In this document: one piece after another, positions 1 through 9,822 of the stretch
Layout of the letters: each line of letters opens with the position of its first letter
How positions within the stretch are numbered: the stretch's first letter is position 1
Assembly (NCBI GenBank): GCA_963669175.1
Contig: OY769902.1
Location: forward strand, 3,904,001-3,968,000
Length of the DNA: 64,000 nucleotides
From: a bacterium
GTDB lineage: Bacteria > Electryoneota > Electryoneia > Electryoneales > Electryoneaceae
Reading direction: 5' to 3'
Notes under the pieces: model-generated
Told to the model about the DNA's origin: nothing
What the model saw: only the letters and a program-made list of their open reading frames with translations
Database searches by the model: none
Position numbers and translations under genes: made by a program

Positions 1-63
1 CGAAGGAATGGTGATGTGAAGTTTGAAGGTTATAAAGTTAATGCAAGTGAAATGGGAAAATGG

Positions 64-269
64 CGAAAATGGGGACTGCTACACTTTTTCGCTTGTGAGT
101 ATTTCGATAGTTGTTGATAGGACTATTTTGTAAGCATGAGCATTCATTCCCGAGAAGACATGTTGCGAAAAAGGTAGCTGTCCCAGCATTTTCCTACTCC
201 GGATTTTGCTACTATGGCGTTCACATATTTACGGAATAAGCGAAAAAGGTAGCTGTCCCAGCATTTTCC
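64..269. repeat. Short dispersed repeat cluster: exact 30-bp direct repeat GCGAAAAAGGTAGCTGTCCCAGCATTTTCC (165-194, 240-269) plus a diverged inverted copy (64-92)
   Basis: Read directly; related inverted pair at 2746-2831. Confidence 0.85.
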
Positions 270-372
270 CTACCCGTTTTCCTGAACAATAAATCCTGTT
301 TCCACTTGCCGATTTTGCTCATCTCCCCTACCTTGGGACATGATGAGGGTATAAACCGGGCATAGAAAACCC

Positions 373-1218
373 ATGAGTGATTCGATCTCCATCGCACGCC
401 GTCTCATCGCGACCACCACAGACCTCCCGGTGCTGGATCCAGTGGTGACTCGTGTGTTGCAGCTTGTCTCCGACCTTGAAACGGACCCGTCCGACCTTGC
501 CCGTGAAATTACACGTGATCCTTCCCTGAGCGCTCGCGTTTTAAAACTCAGCAATTCAGCCATGATGGGGCTGCCACGCAAAGTGGATACACTGGAACGC
601 GCCATTCTCACCCTTGGGTTCCAGGAAATCAGGAACCTGGTTTTGCTTACCGCGACCTATGATTTTGTCAGTCGTGGTACTGATCAGCGGCTCTTTGTTC
701 CGTTGTGGGAACACTTCATTACGGTTGCTATCTCCGCCCGTTTTATTGCTGAGCTCTGGGTGCCGGAGACCCGGGATCACGCGCACCTTGCCGGGCTGAT
801 GCATGATTTGGGAAAAGTCGTCTTTGCCATCCGTTTCCCGGATCAATACGTCGAGATTCTCCTGAATCGTGACAATGGACCGGGTGAGTCGCTGGAGCAT
901 GAAATGCGCCTCTTTGGCTGCAATCACCAGCAATTAGGCCGTATCATGCTGGAAGAGTGGAACTTTCCGGAAGTATTTGTCGAAGTGGCCGGTGATCATC
1001 ATGGAACGACCGATGGGAACGGATCATCAGTCGTTTTATCAGAAGTGATCGAGCTGAGTGATTTGCTTGCCTATGTCATCCGTGGACGTTCTATTTCTCC
1101 GGAACATGCACTGGAACTATTACAAGCTCTGAATATTCCACGTGATGGATGGTTGGAATTGCCCGACCGGGTTCGTGAGCGAATCCAGATCGAACGTGAT
1201 GCTTTGGAGCGACCATGA
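373..1218 (+). CDS. HDOD domain protein (stand-alone)
   Basis: LPVL..V..R start, DPSLSARVLKLSNS, AGLMHDLGK, LEEWNFP and HH motifs typical of HDOD. Confidence 0.85.
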   Translation: MSDSISIARRLIATTTDLPVLDPVVTRVLQLVSDLETDPSDLAREITRDPSLSARVLKLSNSAMMGLPRKVDTLERAILTLGFQEIRNLVLLTATYDFVSRGTDQRLFVPLWEHFITVAISARFIAELWVPETRDHAHLAGLMHDLGKVVFAIRFPDQYVEILLNRDNGPGESLEHEMRLFGCNHQQLGRIMLEEWNFPEVFVEVAGDHHGTTDGNGSSVVLSEVIELSDLLAYVIRGRSISPEHALELLQALNIPRDGWLELPDRVRERIQIERDALERP

Positions 1219-2723
1219 GTACTGGACAGCGAAAAAAAGAGTATTTGAAATATGTCGAGCAAAAGGGCAACCTTGAGAGCTACTCCCCCATCGCCCTGAA
1301 GATCAAGCAGGTTGCAGAAGATCCCAACGCATCCGCGGCGGACCTGGCCAACGTCATCCTGCACGATCACGCTTTGACCACGAAGGTTCTGAAACTGGCC
1401 AATTCGTCCTATTACGCTCATTACCGTCGCCAGATCACAACCCTTACCCACGCCATTGTCCTGATGGGGTTTAACACCATACGCAACATGGCATTGACCC
1501 TGTCTATTATCGAACGCTTCCAGCGTGGTGGCATCACCAGCAAGTTCGACATGCGCCAGTTCTGGATTCATAGCCTGTCCGCGGCAATCTGCGCCACTCG
1601 TCTGGCTGAAAAAGTCGGGTACAAGGCCAAGGAAGAGGCGTATGTCGCAGGATTCCTGCATGACCTGGGACGCTTGGCTATTGGCGCTTTCACCCCGATT
1701 GACTATGAAAAGATATATGAACGAGAAGCGCGTGGGATTCCATCACTTCAGGCCGAGCTCCAGATTATCGGCGTATACCATTCCGAAGTCGGGGCACACC
1801 TTGCCAGGCAGTGGAACTTCCCGGAAACCCTGGTCAATGTGATCGAAGGGCATCACCGTATCGGGATGACGGAAGACAAGCGCAGTGGCGATGCGCTGAT
1901 TGATATCGTCTTCATTGCCAACCTGATGGCCCATCGCATCTTCCCCAGCGACCGTGGCGGGAAGGTGTATATCCGTGATCTGAAACGTCAGGCGTTGTTC
2001 TGGTTCCGCTTGCAGGGTGAAGAAGTTGACGACATCATCGAATCTGTAAAAAGTGACATTATAGAAACAGCGGAAGAGCTTGCCATCCCTGTAAGTGGTC
2101 GTGATATCAAGAGTATGCAGCAACGTACCATCGCGCAGGATGCCGAAGAGACGCCGCCTGAGATTAAACCGGAAGACAGGAAAGAATTCGATTCCTTGCG
2201 TGCGGCGCTGCATCGAAAAGAAATCGAGAATAAGCTGATGCTGGAGCTGACCCGTGCTTATCTGTCGGCGACCAGCTCAGAAGAGGTGTTGACCTGCCTG
2301 ACAGAAAGCATATACCGTCATGGCCTGTTCACGAAAGTCCTGTTGATGCAGGTAAACCGTTCTGATGGTGTACTCGAAGCCACTCTCGGCTATGGTGTGC
2401 CATCCCAGCAGACGGTTAAAGGCCTTTTCTGCCGTTTCAGCAACGAGGAAAACCTGTTCATCCAGACCATGAACAAAGGCAAGCCTGAGCTGGTTGTGGA
2501 TGTCACCAAACCGGTGTACCAGGACAGGCTGGGACGTGATTTTATCAAGGATTTCAACATCGGGATTTTTGCGGCGGTTCCGATTGTCCTGCGTGACCAG
2601 GCTGAAGCTGTGCTGATTGTCGGCTATCCGAGCGGTGACCTGATTATCACCGACGAGATGGTTGAAACGGTGGATACCCTGGCGCAACAGGCAGGCATCG
2701 CCATGGAGAGATTCGTTAAATAG
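1215..2723 (+). CDS. HDOD domain protein with C-terminal GAF-like domain
   Basis: DHALTTKVLKLANS, FWIHS, AGFLHDLGR, WNFP; C-terminal FAAVPI...TLAQQAGIAME is GAF-like; ATGA overlap with upstream gene. Confidence 0.85.
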   Translation: MSTGQRKKEYLKYVEQKGNLESYSPIALKIKQVAEDPNASAADLANVILHDHALTTKVLKLANSSYYAHYRRQITTLTHAIVLMGFNTIRNMALTLSIIERFQRGGITSKFDMRQFWIHSLSAAICATRLAEKVGYKAKEEAYVAGFLHDLGRLAIGAFTPIDYEKIYEREARGIPSLQAELQIIGVYHSEVGAHLARQWNFPETLVNVIEGHHRIGMTEDKRSGDALIDIVFIANLMAHRIFPSDRGGKVYIRDLKRQALFWFRLQGEEVDDIIESVKSDIIETAEELAIPVSGRDIKSMQQRTIAQDAEETPPEIKPEDRKEFDSLRAALHRKEIENKLMLELTRAYLSATSSEEVLTCLTESIYRHGLFTKVLLMQVNRSDGVLEATLGYGVPSQQTVKGLFCRFSNEENLFIQTMNKGKPELVVDVTKPVYQDRLGRDFIKDFNIGIFAAVPIVLRDQAEAVLIVGYPSGDLIITDEMVETVDTLAQQAGIAMERFVK

Positions 2724-2745
2724 CGTACCAAGACATAAACAGGGC

Positions 2746-2831
2746 GGAAAATGGGACTGTTACCTTTTCATTTTTATTAAATTACAACCTTATAACAAGC
2801 ATATCCGAAAAGGTAACTGTACCTGATTTTT
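2746..2831. repeat. Inverted pair of the AAAGGTARCTGTMCC-type short repeat around an AT-rich spacer
   Basis: GGAAAATGGGACTGTTACCTTTTC (2746-2769) and GAAAAGGTAACTGTACCTGATTTTT (2807-2831), related to 64-269. Confidence 0.7.
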
Positions 2832-2898
2832 CGCCTGCGATAAAGACAAGGTCTGGGCTGAAAAGTGCCGAGAACCTACCCTGTACCTCGTATTATCC

Positions 2899-5688
2899 TC
2901 ACTTCACCAGTGTCATCTTCTGCACCTGAACCTGGCCTTCCCACTGTCCACGGATAAAATAGACTCCTGACGCCAATGGCTGCCCGGCCTTATTGTTGCC
3001 ATCCCAGGTCACCTCATGCACCCCCGCGTTGGCACCCCCGTTCCACAAGGTGCAAACTTCACGTCCCAGCACGTCAAAGACAGCAACCCGGACATTCCCG
3101 GCTGCCGGCAGTGAATACTGGATGCGGGTTGTCGAGTTGAACGGATTCGGCCAGGGCGCCGCAAGTGAAAAAGTGGCAGGCACAAGCGATGTTTCATCAT
3201 CTCGTCCAACTCCCTGCGATCCATTGCTGTCCATTTTCTGGACCAGGTTGTACGATTGTTTCCTGATGTTGATCACCAGGTCACCGTTCGAATCGACATA
3301 GAAGAAACGGTTGTCCCCGAATCCGACACTCAGGTCAGCAACATAGCCAGCCCCCTCAAGCCCATATCCCTCCACAGGATTCAGATCAGCATTAAACAGG
3401 TAGGCACGGTTGCTTCCGCAAACCCAGAGACCTCCATGCCCGGTGGGCAGCATGCTGACGATGGAATCACCTTCTGCAAAGGAAACAAGTTGCGGGCCCG
3501 GTACGCCAGCCATGTCAAACGCCCTGATTTTCCAGTCAGTGTGTCCTGCAATCCGGTACACCAGGTAAACGTCATCATCCTGAAAAGCCGCGTATGCATC
3601 AGGCCCGATCAGGGCATTAACCAGGCACATATACCTGAGTTCACGGTGTTCATTCACATACTCAACCAGGGGAATAGCCTGTTGTGTTTCTCCGCTGAAC
3701 CTGTCATAGGAACAAAGAGTTATTGTGGAATCGTAGTAAACGACAGAACGCGCAACCGTATCATCCAACGTCACATCCAACATGATACCGGGGTTGTCAT
3801 GCTCATAGGAAACCGGCTCACGTGTATCCCGGTCAATTCCCCAGAAGAAACGATGCTCCATATTCAACGAATCCCTGAACGCGAACAACACGGTATTGTC
3901 AATACATTTTTTCACAATATCGACATCTGGCGGCAGGCTGAGTTCCGTCGGGATTGGAACAGGCTCAATGATATCACCATCGAGTTCTCCATTTGCATCG
4001 ACAAACGCAAGGCGACGGTGTTCTTCCAAGGATTCATCACCTTGAAAGAACAGTACCGGGTAAGGCGGTTCCGGGAGATCGAACATGGCATCACGAAAAC
4101 AGAAACGCTCCGATTCAGGGAAAGGATACACCAGTGTTTCATTCAACTGTGGTTCTCCAGAGCTGTCATAACGCTGCAATCCCTTTCCTGATGACAACCA
4201 GACGTCAGATCCAATCCCGGAAAGTATCCTGAATGCACCATTTTCTTCTGTTCTCAGTACTTCAATCCTGGTTGTGCTTTCGCTCCATTCACCATCATTG
4301 TTCAGGAGATGGATACCATAGAATGAGGGAGGCGCCCAATCGGGGTAATCCCATCGCTGTTCCTCCCACTGTACCCATAGTTGCGCGTCGGCTACAGGTC
4401 CCATCGAGGATAACCCGTACAGAGAATTGGAATGAAGCCCGAAAACAGGCTCCGCAGTCGTGTCAACATCGCCTGTATTCAGGCTCCAAACAGCTCGCGA
4501 GTCCAGTCGGTCCGCATAGGTCCAGAACCCGGAGTTGGTTTCCTGCCCTATTGCGCCACCAAGCATCCGGTTCGGAAACCGGCTTACCCAGTTTACATGG
4601 CCCTCGTAATCGAAATAATACAAACTGTCTTCACCGACACCCAGCAGGGAATTGTCATACCGGGGATACATTACGGTGAAGTCTTCGGCATGGCAGATTA
4701 CTCGTGTGTATTCATAATCAAACTCAATGCCTGAATAGGTATAACAGAGCAGGCGTGTGTTTCCCATGGCATAGTCGTAACCAGTAGCATAAAAACGGTT
4801 TTCGGCGCAACCGCCTTCGGGAATCCAGTAATTGTCCGGCAGAGAAGCGCCATCAATATATTCTCCGTCAAAAGAATTCAATTCTATCATCTGGTAAGAA
4901 TTAAATACTTCGTAGGCTATAAACAGCTTGTTGGAAAGGATCTTTATTACTGCTTTACGCGCATCTTCTATCCCCTCTTCACAAAGCTGCTCAAGTCCAT
5001 TTTCCTCATCGTAGTGATAAAGCGCATAACAAGCATTGTTTGCGCCATCACCAACGATCGCAATATATACTTCATCATCCATGATATATCGGGTATCAAA
5101 GTGCCGAATGTAGCCAAAGCTGTTGATCAGGGTTTCTATTTCCTCACCTGTAGTCTGATCTAAAACAGCCATCAGGCTGTTTACTGAATTGGTGTTCGCG
5201 ATAACAAGCACAGCGTTCGGCAGAATTTCAAGTCCGCAATAGTCAAGACTGAGATTCTCATAATCGAACTGGTAACTCCACAGCAGTTCCCCATCCTCAT
5301 CCACCTTGTACACATACATGATCTCATTACGTTCGTCACCGGCCAGCAGGTAACGTCCGCCAGTATCATCCATACGCCAACTGTAAATATTCTCCTGGTA
5401 AACATCTCTGTTATAGGCAATCGTTCCGATCAGCTCCCCATTTTCGGCAAACCTGGCCTCATGAAGTTCCCCCTGAACGAAATAGTCATTCGATTGGTCA
5501 TATTGGGTCAGGATTGCATACTGCCCCCCAGCCTGAACTATCGGCCCCATGGTTTGTGCAATGGAGCTGGTACTCAGGATAGGTTTTCCGTAGTCGCCAT
5601 ACAGCCTCTGGCCGTATGAAACCGCTGTGCAACTGAACAGGAAGAGAACGACAAACAATATGGCGGGAATTCGGTTTTCTTTTCGCAT
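2899..5688 (-). CDS. Secreted beta-rich protein with C-terminal T9SS-type/FlgD-Ig sorting domain
   Basis: Signal peptide; C-terminal WPNPFNSTTRIQY...FDVLGREV...WDG...LASGVYF...KMTLVK. Confidence 0.8.
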   Translation of the reverse strand: MRKENRIPAILFVVLFLFSCTAVSYGQRLYGDYGKPILSTSSIAQTMGPIVQAGGQYAILTQYDQSNDYFVQGELHEARFAENGELIGTIAYNRDVYQENIYSWRMDDTGGRYLLAGDERNEIMYVYKVDEDGELLWSYQFDYENLSLDYCGLEILPNAVLVIANTNSVNSLMAVLDQTTGEEIETLINSFGYIRHFDTRYIMDDEVYIAIVGDGANNACYALYHYDEENGLEQLCEEGIEDARKAVIKILSNKLFIAYEVFNSYQMIELNSFDGEYIDGASLPDNYWIPEGGCAENRFYATGYDYAMGNTRLLCYTYSGIEFDYEYTRVICHAEDFTVMYPRYDNSLLGVGEDSLYYFDYEGHVNWVSRFPNRMLGGAIGQETNSGFWTYADRLDSRAVWSLNTGDVDTTAEPVFGLHSNSLYGLSSMGPVADAQLWVQWEEQRWDYPDWAPPSFYGIHLLNNDGEWSESTTRIEVLRTEENGAFRILSGIGSDVWLSSGKGLQRYDSSGEPQLNETLVYPFPESERFCFRDAMFDLPEPPYPVLFFQGDESLEEHRRLAFVDANGELDGDIIEPVPIPTELSLPPDVDIVKKCIDNTVLFAFRDSLNMEHRFFWGIDRDTREPVSYEHDNPGIMLDVTLDDTVARSVVYYDSTITLCSYDRFSGETQQAIPLVEYVNEHRELRYMCLVNALIGPDAYAAFQDDDVYLVYRIAGHTDWKIRAFDMAGVPGPQLVSFAEGDSIVSMLPTGHGGLWVCGSNRAYLFNADLNPVEGYGLEGAGYVADLSVGFGDNRFFYVDSNGDLVINIRKQSYNLVQKMDSNGSQGVGRDDETSLVPATFSLAAPWPNPFNSTTRIQYSLPAAGNVRVAVFDVLGREVCTLWNGGANAGVHEVTWDGNNKAGQPLASGVYFIRGQWEGQVQVQKMTLVK

Positions 5689-6059
5689 TTTCTTGTCTCC
5701 CTCTATGCGCCCATATGTAAAATAGGATCACATTTTCATTTTTATCAACGCGATCAGGGTAGAAATAATATTTTTTTCCTGGTTCCTCGCTGTTTTGTGT
5801 GGGCATCAACATTGTGATCACATATCGAAACTTACCGTCACATCATCCCGGAAACGCTGCAGTTTGGTAATGTTGTGGCAGGTCTTGACGCGACATTCCT
5901 TTTTCGGCTTTCGCAATTTTTTTTCTGAATGCACGATGATACTGAAACCAACTCTCATCCTGTTATTGTCGCGTTGTGACCTGCCACCAGAATCAGCACT
6001 ATCGCTGTCGTCAGGTCACAACATGATGCCTGATGACGATCTATCATGTGATATATAGC

Positions 6060-6454
6060 CTGTCTCTTACCCACATCCTCTGAAAGCTTTATCAGCAAAA
6101 GGATTGTGGACATCGCATTTTTAGAATCCCGGCGGGATTCCCTATTTTAGCATAGTGTACAGGCCGTCTGTTTGGCCTGTACACTATGTCAGGATTTCTA
6201 ACGAACAATCAACCCTGGAAGGGTTGCATAATGAGCAGTCAATATTAGTTTATTCAATTATCACAGGTAATAACGTAATTTATATCCTTTATAAATCAAT
6301 TGGGTATCAATTATATTTTATGCAACCCTTTCAGGGTTGATATGAGGTTTGATCTTTTTCGTAGGGTAGGCGCTAAACAGACAGCGCCTACCCTACGCTA
6401 AAATATCCCACCCCCACGGGGTGGCAGAAACACGAAGATGTGAGTAAGAGACAG
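6060..6454. mobile_element. 395-bp MITE copy 1, IS50/Tn5-like (IS4 family) terminal inverted repeats, 10-bp target duplication
   Basis: Ends CTGTCTCTTACCCACATC / GATGTGAGTAAGAGACAG; GATATATAGC at 6050-6059 and 6455-6464; second copy at 22219-22613. Confidence 0.9.
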
Positions 6455-6607
6455 GATATATAGCAGGTGTGGAGTCGAACTGATGTCTGAAATTGGGCGA
6501 AGCAAAAGGCATCACCTCAAGACCTGACGAAACGTACTCGTCGATAATATGGACAAATTCTTGTGATCAGCCTTTTTCCGAAATCGCCCGTCTTCTCTAA
6601 ATCTGGT

Positions 6608-6636
6608 TTGCAATGAAATTCACTCCCTCCTAACTT
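6608..6636 (+). promoter_or_regulatory. Possible sigma70-type promoter for the mutM operon
   Basis: TTGCAA-17 bp-TAACTT about 100 bp upstream of the mutM start. Confidence 0.35.
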
Positions 6637-6732
6637 TTGTTCAGTATTTTAAATATACTCTTGGTTCACCAGTATCCGTTTCGTATACTCAGTACGTCTC
6701 AACATAATACGCTGGAATAAGGATACTCATTC

Positions 6733-7551
6733 ATGCCGGAACTACCGGAAGTAGAAACCATTGTAAGAGCGTTACGTGAAGCGGTTCCCGGACGGACCAT
6801 CCGGGCGATAGGAAAAATCCATCCCCGCCCTTCGCGCTACTCCTCCCCTGCTCTTCTCATCCGGTACATGGCGAATACAACAATCACACATCTGGACAGA
6901 CGAGGAAAGTACATCCTTTTCGATTTGAAGGATCGTCCGGTTCCCGTCGTTTTTCATATGGGAATGTCCGGTCAGCTTCTTCTGGGGCAGGAAACTTCAG
7001 CGTCACCGCATGTTAAGGCCGAGATCACATTCACCGACGGTGGCTATCTTCATTTCATCGATCCCCGCATGTTCGGGTTGATTTTTATCGGGAATGAATC
7101 ATCCCCGCCCGGCTATCGTAAACTCGGTCCTGATCCCTTATCTTCCACTTTCACAGCCAGAAAACTGGAGACTATCCTGGCCGGTCGCAGCATGATCATC
7201 AAAACACTGCTGTTACAACAACACCTTATCGCCGGGATAGGAAACATTTACGCATCCGAAACCCTGTTTCGTGCCGGGATTCATCCGGAAACGCCCGGCT
7301 GCGAACTGGGAAAAGAACAAATAACAAGGCTTCACCGTACCCTGCGAAAAGTCCTTCGGGAAGCGATTGACCAGATGGGGACCACGTTGTCAGATTTCAG
7401 ACGTCCGGACGGCACTCAGGGTGAATATGGCAACAAGCTGCTGGTCTATGACCGTCATGGTGAGCCTTGTCCACAGTGCGGAACAACGATACAACGAGTG
7501 ATACATCATGCAAGAAGCACTTTTTTCTGTCCACGATGTCAATCGATCTGA
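6733..7551 (+). CDS. mutM: Formamidopyrimidine-DNA glycosylase
   Basis: MPELPEVET, RRGKY, HMGMSG, DPRMFG, GIGNIYASE, C-terminal CPQC/CPRC zinc finger. Confidence 0.97.
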   Translation: MPELPEVETIVRALREAVPGRTIRAIGKIHPRPSRYSSPALLIRYMANTTITHLDRRGKYILFDLKDRPVPVVFHMGMSGQLLLGQETSASPHVKAEITFTDGGYLHFIDPRMFGLIFIGNESSPPGYRKLGPDPLSSTFTARKLETILAGRSMIIKTLLLQQHLIAGIGNIYASETLFRAGIHPETPGCELGKEQITRLHRTLRKVLREAIDQMGTTLSDFRRPDGTQGEYGNKLLVYDRHGEPCPQCGTTIQRVIHHARSTFFCPRCQSI

Positions 7552-8290
7552 CGCATCAATCCTCGGTGAGCAGCAACTCCCCGACGGGAGCTGGATAAAA
7601 TGGGGACTGTCACGCAAAGAATTCGGACCGATGTCTTTCGGGAAGCGTCCGGAATGGGACGTTGCTTTTAACCGGATGCAGTTCCTGCGTCTTCACGGTC
7701 TGAAAATCGACCAGGTGGTAGCTCCGATCCTGGATCATACGGCCAATGTTGAAGTCGTGACCTCGTCTGATACCAACCGTGGCGCACGCGAGAAACGGAA
7801 TGCTTTTCAGCAGGTTGACGCTCTGGTCACCCGTGACACCGGGATTGTCCTGATAACCACCCATGCAGACTGTCTTCCCGTCTGGTTGTGCGCTCCGGAT
7901 AACGGTTGGACAGGTATGGCGCATGTGGGACGGCGTGGCCTGCTGGCAGGCATGATCCCGGCGCTGGTCAACAGTATACCCGAAGGAGAACGTGCTGGCT
8001 TGACCCTCGGTATCGGGCCGGGTATTTCACGAGAGCGCTATGAAGTCAGCCGGGAAATCGCCGATGAGTTCAGTAATCATGCTATTCTGAAAAATATCAT
8101 ATTTGAGAATGATAACAGGTATTATCTGGACCTGAAGCAGGGTGTACTGGATGAGGCAAAAGCGCTTGGTGTTTCTGCTGATGACAGCGCATGGCAATGC
8201 ACTTTTGAGACCAGTTATTTAAGTTCATTCCGTCGTGATAGTGACACATTCGCTCCAATGGCCGCATTCATAACAAGGACAAAAGACTGA
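7508..8290 (+). CDS. pgeF: YfiH/PgeF (LACC1-like) family protein; start uncertain
   Basis: DALVT, ADCLPV, AHVGRRG, IGPGIS..YEV, SFRR motifs. Confidence 0.8.
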   Translation: MQEALFSVHDVNRSDASILGEQQLPDGSWIKWGLSRKEFGPMSFGKRPEWDVAFNRMQFLRLHGLKIDQVVAPILDHTANVEVVTSSDTNRGAREKRNAFQQVDALVTRDTGIVLITTHADCLPVWLCAPDNGWTGMAHVGRRGLLAGMIPALVNSIPEGERAGLTLGIGPGISRERYEVSREIADEFSNHAILKNIIFENDNRYYLDLKQGVLDEAKALGVSADDSAWQCTFETSYLSSFRRDSDTFAPMAAFITRTKD

Positions 8291-9822
8291 TGTTCAGCAA
8301 ATTACACACGGTTGCACTCCAGGGAATCGAATCTACACCGGTAGAGGTCGAGATCCAGATGGAGGGTGGAAATACTTATTTGGCCCTGGTCGGACTGGCG
8401 GGGACTTCCATTCGGGAATCACGTGACCGTGTAGCCGCCGCGATCAAGAATTCAGGATTCATTTACCCGCGAAAAAATGTCACCATCAACCTCGCTCCCG
8501 CCGATCTTCGCAAAGAAGGCGGGATGTATGACCTTCCCATCGCCATCGGTATGATGGCGGCATCCGGGCAGGTCAGCAGTGAACAGATTGACCGTTTTGT
8601 CTTCATGGGCGAGCTATCACTTGACGGACGCTTGCGTCCGGTCCGTGGCGTCCTCCCTGCCGCACTGGCGACACGCAGAGATGGACATCGCGCGTTGATC
8701 ATCCCGGAAGAGAACGCGGAAGAGGCAGCCGTTGCGGAGGGGCTCGATATTTACCCGATGGCGACACTGCGGAATGTGGTTGAGTTCCTCAATGGCGAAA
8801 GTATGGTGCCGCCGTTTACAATCAATATCCGTGAACTGTTTGAACAGCAACGGAACTATGACGTTGACTTCTCTGAGGTGAAAGGACAGGAACGCAGCAA
8901 ACGTGCGCTGGAAATCGCAGCAGCAGGCGGACATAATATTTTGATGATCGGCCCTCCCGGTTCAGGCAAAACCATGCTGGCGCGACGGCTGCCGACCATT
9001 CTACCCGACCCGACTCTCGAAGAGGCTCTGGAAACAACCCAGATCCATTCTGTTGCGGGGACGCTGAAATCGGGGACGGCACTGCTTGCCACGCGCCCGT
9101 TCCGCAGTCCGCATCATACCATCTCGGAAGCCGGTCTAATTGGTGGCGGGACAATCCCGGTTCCCGGCGAGGTCAGCCTGGCACATCGTGGCGTGCTTTT
9201 CCTGGATGAACTTCCCGAATTTAAAAAGACGGCTCTTGAGGCCATGCGGCAGCCGTTGGAAGATGGAGAAGTTACCATTGCACGTGTTGCAACAACGACT
9301 CGCTTTCCTGCACATTACCTTTTTGCTGCTGCGATGAATCCCTGCCCTTGTGGTTACCATGGTGACACAACCCGGTCATGTACCTGTAACCCGGGCCAGG
9401 TAAGGCTTTACCGCAGCAAAATTTCCGGACCGTTGCTGGACCGTATTGACTTGCATGTTCCTGTTCCGGCCGTAAAACCGGAGGAGTTGAGCCTGCGCAA
9501 GGATGGCGAGCCTTCTGCTTCCATACGCTCTCGTGTTATCGAGGCTCGTGAAAGACAGTTGCATCGTTTCCGAGACACCGGCATCTTCTCCAATGGCGAG
9601 ATGCAAAACCGCCATCTTCGTGATCTGGCGCGTTTGACCGCATCCGCAGAAAAAACATTACAGGGTGCAATCCGGCGGCTGAACTTGTCCGCCCGTGCAC
9701 ATAACCGATCAATCAAGGTTGCGCGTACTATCGCTGACCTTGCAGGACATGAGGACATCCAGGATGCTGACGTGCTCGAAGCTGTCAGTTTGCGAGACCT
9801 GGATCGAGAGGCTTTAGACTGA
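8290..9822 (+). CDS. comM: YifB/ComM Mg-chelatase-like AAA+ ATPase
   Basis: ESRDRV, INLAPADLRKEG, GPPGSGKT, FRSPHHT, GEVSLAHRGVLFLDE, MNPCPCG, SGPLLDRID. Confidence 0.93.
   Translation: MFSKLHTVALQGIESTPVEVEIQMEGGNTYLALVGLAGTSIRESRDRVAAAIKNSGFIYPRKNVTINLAPADLRKEGGMYDLPIAIGMMAASGQVSSEQIDRFVFMGELSLDGRLRPVRGVLPAALATRRDGHRALIIPEENAEEAAVAEGLDIYPMATLRNVVEFLNGESMVPPFTINIRELFEQQRNYDVDFSEVKGQERSKRALEIAAAGGHNILMIGPPGSGKTMLARRLPTILPDPTLEEALETTQIHSVAGTLKSGTALLATRPFRSPHHTISEAGLIGGGTIPVPGEVSLAHRGVLFLDELPEFKKTALEAMRQPLEDGEVTIARVATTTRFPAHYLFAAAMNPCPCGYHGDTTRSCTCNPGQVRLYRSKISGPLLDRIDLHVPVPAVKPEELSLRKDGEPSASIRSRVIEARERQLHRFRDTGIFSNGEMQNRHLRDLARLTASAEKTLQGAIRRLNLSARAHNRSIKVARTIADLAGHEDIQDADVLEAVSLRDLDREALD

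Noticed and set aside
1-117. Open frame from the window edge (RRNGDVKFEG...)
   Set aside because: Too short to assign and it runs into the repeat; it may be the tail of an upstream gene.
165-269. 30-bp direct repeat with a 45-bp spacer as a mini-CRISPR
   Set aside because: Only two direct copies; related copies are inverted and dispersed; no cas genes or leader.
3256-4191. 311-aa + strand ORF
   Set aside because: Antisense shadow of the 929-aa secreted protein, with no recognisable motifs.
6060-6078. Nextera/Tn5 adapter contamination
   Set aside because: All four ends differ from the mosaic end at 2-3 positions, are paired around a conserved 395-bp body, have target duplications and lack adapter tails.
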